Assembly (NCBI GenBank): GCA_965223265.1
Contig: OZ244999.1
Coordinates: 3,008,001-3,072,000, forward strand
Reading direction: 5' to 3'
DNA: 64,000 nucleotides
DNA from: Planctomycetota bacterium
Lineage (GTDB): Bacteria > Planctomycetota > UBA8108 > SXIK01
The notes beneath the pieces were generated by a model that saw nothing but the letters and a program-made list of their open reading frames with translations, was not told the DNA's origin and did not search any database. Below are positions 59,320 to 64,000 of this stretch, one piece after another (the first letter of the stretch is position 1; every line of letters begins with the position of its first letter). The position numbers and the translations under genes are program-made.

Positions 59320-62300
59320 ATGGCGAATGAAAAGGAAGCGGTCGGTACGCACCGCTACGGCGCGGACCTCGCGAACCGCGTCGAACGCAAGTGGCAGGTC
59401 TACTGGGAAGAACATCAGACGTTTCATGTCGGCAATCCGGGTGATCCGGGCTTCGATCCCCAGAAACCGAAGAAGTTCATCATGGATATGTTTCCCTACC
59501 CCTCTGGGGTCGGGCTACATGTCGGGCATCCGCTGGGATACATCGCGACGGATATCTACGCGCGCTACTTGCGTATGACGGGGCACAACGTCTTGCACCC
59601 GATGGGATTCGACGCCTTCGGGCTGCCGGCAGAACAGTTTGCGATTGAAACAGGGCAGCACCCGCGTGTGACGACCGAGAAGAACATCGCGACGATGCGA
59701 GAGCAGATGACACGTCTTGGACTGGGTCATGACCCGCAGCGCTTCATCGCGACGATCGACAGAGAGTTCTACGGCTGGACACAGTGGATATTCTTGCAGA
59801 TCTATTCGTCTTGGTTCGATCCCGAGTCGAAGAAGGCACGGCCGATCGCCGAGCTGATCAGCGAGCTCGAGGCTGGCACGCGTCCGCCGGTGGACGCTGA
59901 GGCCAATCCCGAGGCGCGGTCGTGGGGTGAGCTGGACGCCGCGACACAAACTCGCATCGTCGACAATCAGCGCCTGGCCTACCTGGCGGAGGTGCCGGTG
60001 AACTGGTGTCCCAGCTTGGGGACGGTACTGGCGAATGAAGAAGTCACGGCGGAGGGGCGCAGTGAGCGTGGGAACTTTCCCGTCTTCAAGCGTCCCCTGA
60101 AGCAGTGGATGATGAGGATCACCGCTTACTGCGATCGACTGCTCGAGGACTTGGAGCCACTCGACTGGCCTGAACCGATCAAAATCATGCAGCGCAACTG
60201 GATCGGTCGCAGTGAAGGAGCTGAGGTCGACTTCTATGCCGGCAGATTGGAGAACGAGGACGCGTGGTTCGGTGCTCGGCAAATGGACGGTTGGCCTTTA
60301 CGAGTGGCCGATGGCGAACCGACGATCCGCGTCTTCACGACCCGTCCGGACACGCTCTACGGCGCCACTTACATGGTGCTGGCACCGGAGCATCCCTTGG
60401 TGGACGAGCTAGTCGCGCAAGCGTGGCCCGACGGTAGCGACCCGCGGTGGCGTGGCCAATTTCCGGGTGTACCCGGAGGTGACGCCTCCCCGCGTGACTA
60501 CGTCGCAGCCTACCGAGCTTATGCGGCGTCGCGTTCGGACATCGAGCGGCAAGTGGAAGCGAAGGAGAAGACCGGCGTCTTCATCGGCGCCTTCGCTATC
60601 AACCCGGTCAATCGTCAGCCGATCCCCGTATTCATCGCCGACTACGTCCTCATGGGCTATGGTACCGGCGCCATCATGGCGGTGCCGGCTCACGACGAAC
60701 GCGATTTCGAATTTGCGACGCAGTTCGGTCTCGACATACCGGTTGTCGTTATGCCGCCGGAGTCGTGGCTACGAGAGCAGATCGGGTCACAACTCCGAGC
60801 TGCTGGCATCGAGAGTCCGAGCAGCGAAGATTTGGAGGGTGCTTACCAACACGCCGGGGAAAGCTCGCATCCGCTGGGGTGCCATTGTCGGCGATTAGCC
60901 GCTTTTGCCGGCAGCGGACGATCCGTTGCGTCTGCAGCGATCGAAGGGCGCGAAACTGCGGACGCGAAACGCCGAATCACTCGCTGGCTGAGCGAGCGAG
61001 GAGTCGGCGAGGGTACGGTGAACTATCGTCTGCGCGACTGGTTGTTCAGCCGCCAGCGCTACTGGGGTGAGCCGTTTCCCGTGCTCCACGGAGCTGACGG
61101 CGAAGTCGTTCCTCTGGGCACTGACGAGCTGCCTCTCGAGCTCCCAGCGATGGATGATTTCAGCCCGGAGATCAACGACGATCTCGACTCTGAGCCGAGC
61201 CCACCGCTCGGGCGCGCTCGAGAGTGGGCGGGCGTCGAGCGTGACGGCAAGGTGATGACGCGCGAGCTCAACACGATGCCCAACTGGGCCGGGTCATGCT
61301 GGTACTACCTGCGCTATTTAGATCCTCACAACAGTGCCGCACTCGTCGATCCGAAGGTCGAGAAGTACTGGATGGGCACCGCCTCAGGCGACGGCGAAAA
61401 AGCCATCGGCGGTGTCGATCTCTACGTCGGCGGCGCAGAACATGCCGTGCTGCATCTACTCTACTCGCGCTTCTGGCACAAGATTCTCTTTGATCTTGGC
61501 CACGTCTCGACGCCCGAGCCGTTTCAGCGCCTGTTCAACCAAGGCTACGTGCAAGCTGCGGCCTACAAGGATGACCGCGAAGTCTATTTCGAGGCGTCTC
61601 GAGTCGTCGAAAAAGACGGAGAGTTTTTTTTCGACGGACATCGAGTCAAACGCGAGTTCGGCAAGATGGGGAAGAGCCTGAAAAACGCTGTCACTCCTGA
61701 TGAAATCTGCAGCGAGTACGGCGCCGACACGCTTCGTCTCTACGAGATGTACATGGGACCCCTTGAAGCCTCAAAACCGTGGAACACACGAGATATCATC
61801 GGTGCCCATCGATTTCTTCAAAGGCTGTGGCGAAACCTCGTCGACGAGGATTCTGGGACGCTCCGAGTGAGCGACGCGCCGCCGAGTGATGCGCTGCGAA
61901 AGCTGCTGCACCAGACAATCGCCGGCGTTGAGCACGATATGCGCAGCCTGGGTTTCAACACCGCGATCGCTAAGCTGATCGAGCTCAACAACGCACTGGT
62001 GGCGCTGGACAGCGTGCCGCGCGAAGTTGCCGCGTCTCTGGTGAAGATGCTAGCGCCGCTGGCGCCTCACATCGCTGAAGAGCTCTGGGAGCGCCTAGGA
62101 CATGTCTCCTCCGTTGCCTACGAGCCTTTTCCCGAGCATGATCCAAATCTCTTGAGGGAAGACGAGATTGAGATTCCCGTCATGGTCAACGGGAAGGTGC
62201 GTGCGAAGGTGAACATCGCCGCTGGAGTCGATCGTCAGGCGCAAGAGACGGCAGCTCGGGCGAACGAGAAGATTCAATCGTTCATCGCCGACAAGACGGT

Positions 62301-62349
62301 CAAGAAGGTCATCGTCGTACCCGGAAAGATGGTGAACTTTGTCGTCTGA
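59320..62349 (+). CDS. leuS: Leucine--tRNA ligase
   Basis: [62 protein letters not shown] and KMGKS motifs. Confidence 0.97.
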   Translation: MANEKEAVGTHRYGADLANRVERKWQVYWEEHQTFHVGNPGDPGFDPQKPKKFIMDMFPYPSGVGLHVGHPLGYIATDIYARYLRMTGHNVLHPMGFDAFGLPAEQFAIETGQHPRVTTEKNIATMREQMTRLGLGHDPQRFIATIDREFYGWTQWIFLQIYSSWFDPESKKARPIAELISELEAGTRPPVDAEANPEARSWGELDAATQTRIVDNQRLAYLAEVPVNWCPSLGTVLANEEVTAEGRSERGNFPVFKRPLKQWMMRITAYCDRLLEDLEPLDWPEPIKIMQRNWIGRSEGAEVDFYAGRLENEDAWFGARQMDGWPLRVADGEPTIRVFTTRPDTLYGATYMVLAPEHPLVDELVAQAWPDGSDPRWRGQFPGVPGGDASPRDYVAAYRAYAASRSDIERQVEAKEKTGVFIGAFAINPVNRQPIPVFIADYVLMGYGTGAIMAVPAHDERDFEFATQFGLDIPVVVMPPESWLREQIGSQLRAAGIESPSSEDLEGAYQHAGESSHPLGCHCRRLAAFAGSGRSVASAAIEGRETADAKRRITRWLSERGVGEGTVNYRLRDWLFSRQRYWGEPFPVLHGADGEVVPLGTDELPLELPAMDDFSPEINDDLDSEPSPPLGRAREWAGVERDGKVMTRELNTMPNWAGSCWYYLRYLDPHNSAALVDPKVEKYWMGTASGDGEKAIGGVDLYVGGAEHAVLHLLYSRFWHKILFDLGHVSTPEPFQRLFNQGYVQAAAYKDDREVYFEASRVVEKDGEFFFDGHRVKREFGKMGKSLKNAVTPDEICSEYGADTLRLYEMYMGPLEASKPWNTRDIIGAHRFLQRLWRNLVDEDSGTLRVSDAPPSDALRKLLHQTIAGVEHDMRSLGFNTAIAKLIELNNALVALDSVPREVAASLVKMLAPLAPHIAEELWERLGHVSSVAYEPFPEHDPNLLREDEIEIPVMVNGKVRAKVNIAAGVDRQAQETAARANEKIQSFIADKTVKKVIVVPGKMVNFVV

Positions 62350-62561
62350 GCGCCGGATTGCGACGCGCTAACGGTTCGGTACGGCGTGCCTGGTCGTGGG
62401 CTGTTTGCCTTTCGTTTTGCCGCATCGTCCGCAGCCCGTGTTATGCTCGCCCTTCTGGATGATGAGGTGCGTCGGCACTCTTCTGTGCGTCGACGGCGCG
62501 GCTTATTTACGAATCAGCGCCGCTGCTCGTCGACGGCGCGTTGCTTGCGAAAGGTTGGGTC

Positions 62562-64000
62562 ATGAACAACGGCGTTAGTGTATGGGTCTGGAGCGCGCTT
62601 CTCTCGATGAGCATCGGAGCGAGTGCCGAATCACGTCTCGAAGGTGCGGTGCGCTCGTTCGTCCTCGTTAAGTTCTCAGCAGACGCGCCAGCTATTGAAC
62701 GACAAGCAGCCTTGAATGCTCTTCGCCGCAAGGCTGTAGAGATCGATGAGTGGTCGGGTTTTCAGTGCGGTGTCAACAACAGCCCCGAAGGGCTGGACCA
62801 GTCGTTCACGCATGGGTTCGTGGTTACGTATCCCGACAGGGACGCCGTCCAGAGGTATCGAAACGGCCAAGACGCAGAGGAACTGAGGGGCGTTTTCGCG
62901 CCGCTCGTGGAGCGCGTGTTCGTCTTCGATCTCGAAGTCGAGGAAGCGGCACCTGCTGCTGAGCCGGGGCGAACACATCACTTGGTGTTTTTTCGCTACA
63001 AGGCGAGCGTCAATGCTGAGAAGCGCCAGGAGATCATGCACGCCTTTCGTCGCTTGCCGCTGCACATCCCTGGGTTGATCCAATGCGAGGCAGGAACCAA
63101 TGTCGGGCCGGTAGAGCTCGGGCTTGGTTTCGACCACGGGTATCTCCTGACGTACGTGAATGCGCGAGCCCGTGACGACTATTTGCCACATCCGAAACAC
63201 CAAGAGTTCGTCGACCTCGTCAAGCCGGAGCTCGACGGCGTTCTTGTACTCGATTTCACAGTCGCCCCGGCGGACGGGGCGCTCTTTGTGACGCAAGGGC
63301 TCGAGCCATATCGTGTCTACCAGCGCAACGCGCAGGGCGTCGCAGACATTGCGTTCGCGGGGACGTCGGGTTATGACGGCGTGCTCCAAGGGCGTGTCTT
63401 GAAAGGCCGGCGCATCGTCCCTGAGTTCGATTGGCAACCAGTTGGCGAGGTCGCCGGAGGTGTGTTTGACGCTCAGCTCACGGCCGTACCAGTTGGCGGC
63501 GAGTACAGTGTCGAGCTGCGACAGCTTGATCGCCTCGGGAATGTGATTCGCAGCACCTCCGTGCATCACGTGCTGGTCGGTGATTTGTGGATTCTTGCCG
63601 GTCAGTCGAACATGCAGGGGGTGGGATTGCTGCACAATGCCGAGACGCCGAGCGATCTCGTTCACGTCTACAGCATGGCGCATCGCTGGGAGCTGGCTGT
63701 TGAGCCACTTCACTGGCTTGTCGATTCTCCTGACGTCGTCCACTCGGGGCGTTATTTCAAGTCGCCAATGAACGAAGCCGCACGGCACGCGGTACGTGAC
63801 TCACAGCGAACAACTCGTAGTCGTGGGGCAGGGTTAGGGCTCCCTTTTGCAAAGGAACTCGTTCGGCGTACCGGTGTGCCAGTGGGCCTCATCGCCTCAG
63901 CCCACGGCGGTACCTCGACTCGACAATGGGATCCACAGCTACGCGACAAAGGAGGCGAGTCGCTCTACGGGTCGATGTACAAGCAGGTCCTGCGCGCCGG
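62562..64000 (+). CDS. Secreted fusion: two Dabb (stress-responsive A/B barrel) domains + SASA/DUF303 acetylesterase; runs off the window end
   Basis: Not in the ORF track. Manual translation from ATG 62562 is open to the end: GVNNSPEGLDQSFTHGF; HHLVFFRYK...FDHGY...YLPHPKH; VGDLWILAGQSNM; VPVGLIASAHGGTS. Confidence 0.85.
   Translation, partial: MNNGVSVWVWSALLSMSIGASAESRLEGAVRSFVLVKFSADAPAIERQAALNALRRKAVEIDEWSGFQCGVNNSPEGLDQSFTHGFVVTYPDRDAVQRYRNGQDAEELRGVFAPLVERVFVFDLEVEEAAPAAEPGRTHHLVFFRYKASVNAEKRQEIMHAFRRLPLHIPGLIQCEAGTNVGPVELGLGFDHGYLLTYVNARARDDYLPHPKHQEFVDLVKPELDGVLVLDFTVAPADGALFVTQGLEPYRVYQRNAQGVADIAFAGTSGYDGVLQGRVLKGRRIVPEFDWQPVGEVAGGVFDAQLTAVPVGGEYSVELRQLDRLGNVIRSTSVHHVLVGDLWILAGQSNMQGVGLLHNAETPSDLVHVYSMAHRWELAVEPLHWLVDSPDVVHSGRYFKSPMNEAARHAVRDSQRTTRSRGAGLGLPFAKELVRRTGVPVGLIASAHGGTSTRQWDPQLRDKGGESLYGSMYKQVLRA

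Noticed and set aside
62676-63788. 370-aa minus-strand ORF
   Set aside because: It is the antisense shadow of the Dabb-SASA gene on the + strand.

Overview
High-GC bacterial chromosomal segment, most likely Planctomycetota, based on a DUF1549/DUF1553-DUF1501 pair, PVC-type heme-binding proteins, a TIGR03067-like protein and Cys-rich dockerin-like tails. Housekeeping genes are glnS, leuS and tRNA-Leu(TAG). It also carries a ~14 kb sugar-type catabolic region with an LLM monooxygenase that strongly resembles sulfoquinovose monooxygenases, a RegB/RegA-type two-component pair, and five ORFs (three intact secreted proteins, two pseudogenes) that share one dockerin-like C-terminus. The most unusual items are: (i) an FtsH-like membrane AAA+ ATPase whose protease domain is replaced by a small Sm/Hfq-like domain, divergent from a site-2 protease; (ii) a probable TumA/TumE-like toxin-antitoxin pair immediately after tRNA-Leu; (iii) YTAG-targeting MITEs, one of which clearly splits an FN3-dockerin gene with a perfect CTAG duplication; (iv) a nine-copy GTAG-REP tandem array inside the catabolic cluster; (v) a 2xDabb + SASA esterase fusion that the ORF track missed because it runs off the window end. 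All family calls come from motif recognition by eye. No database searches were run.
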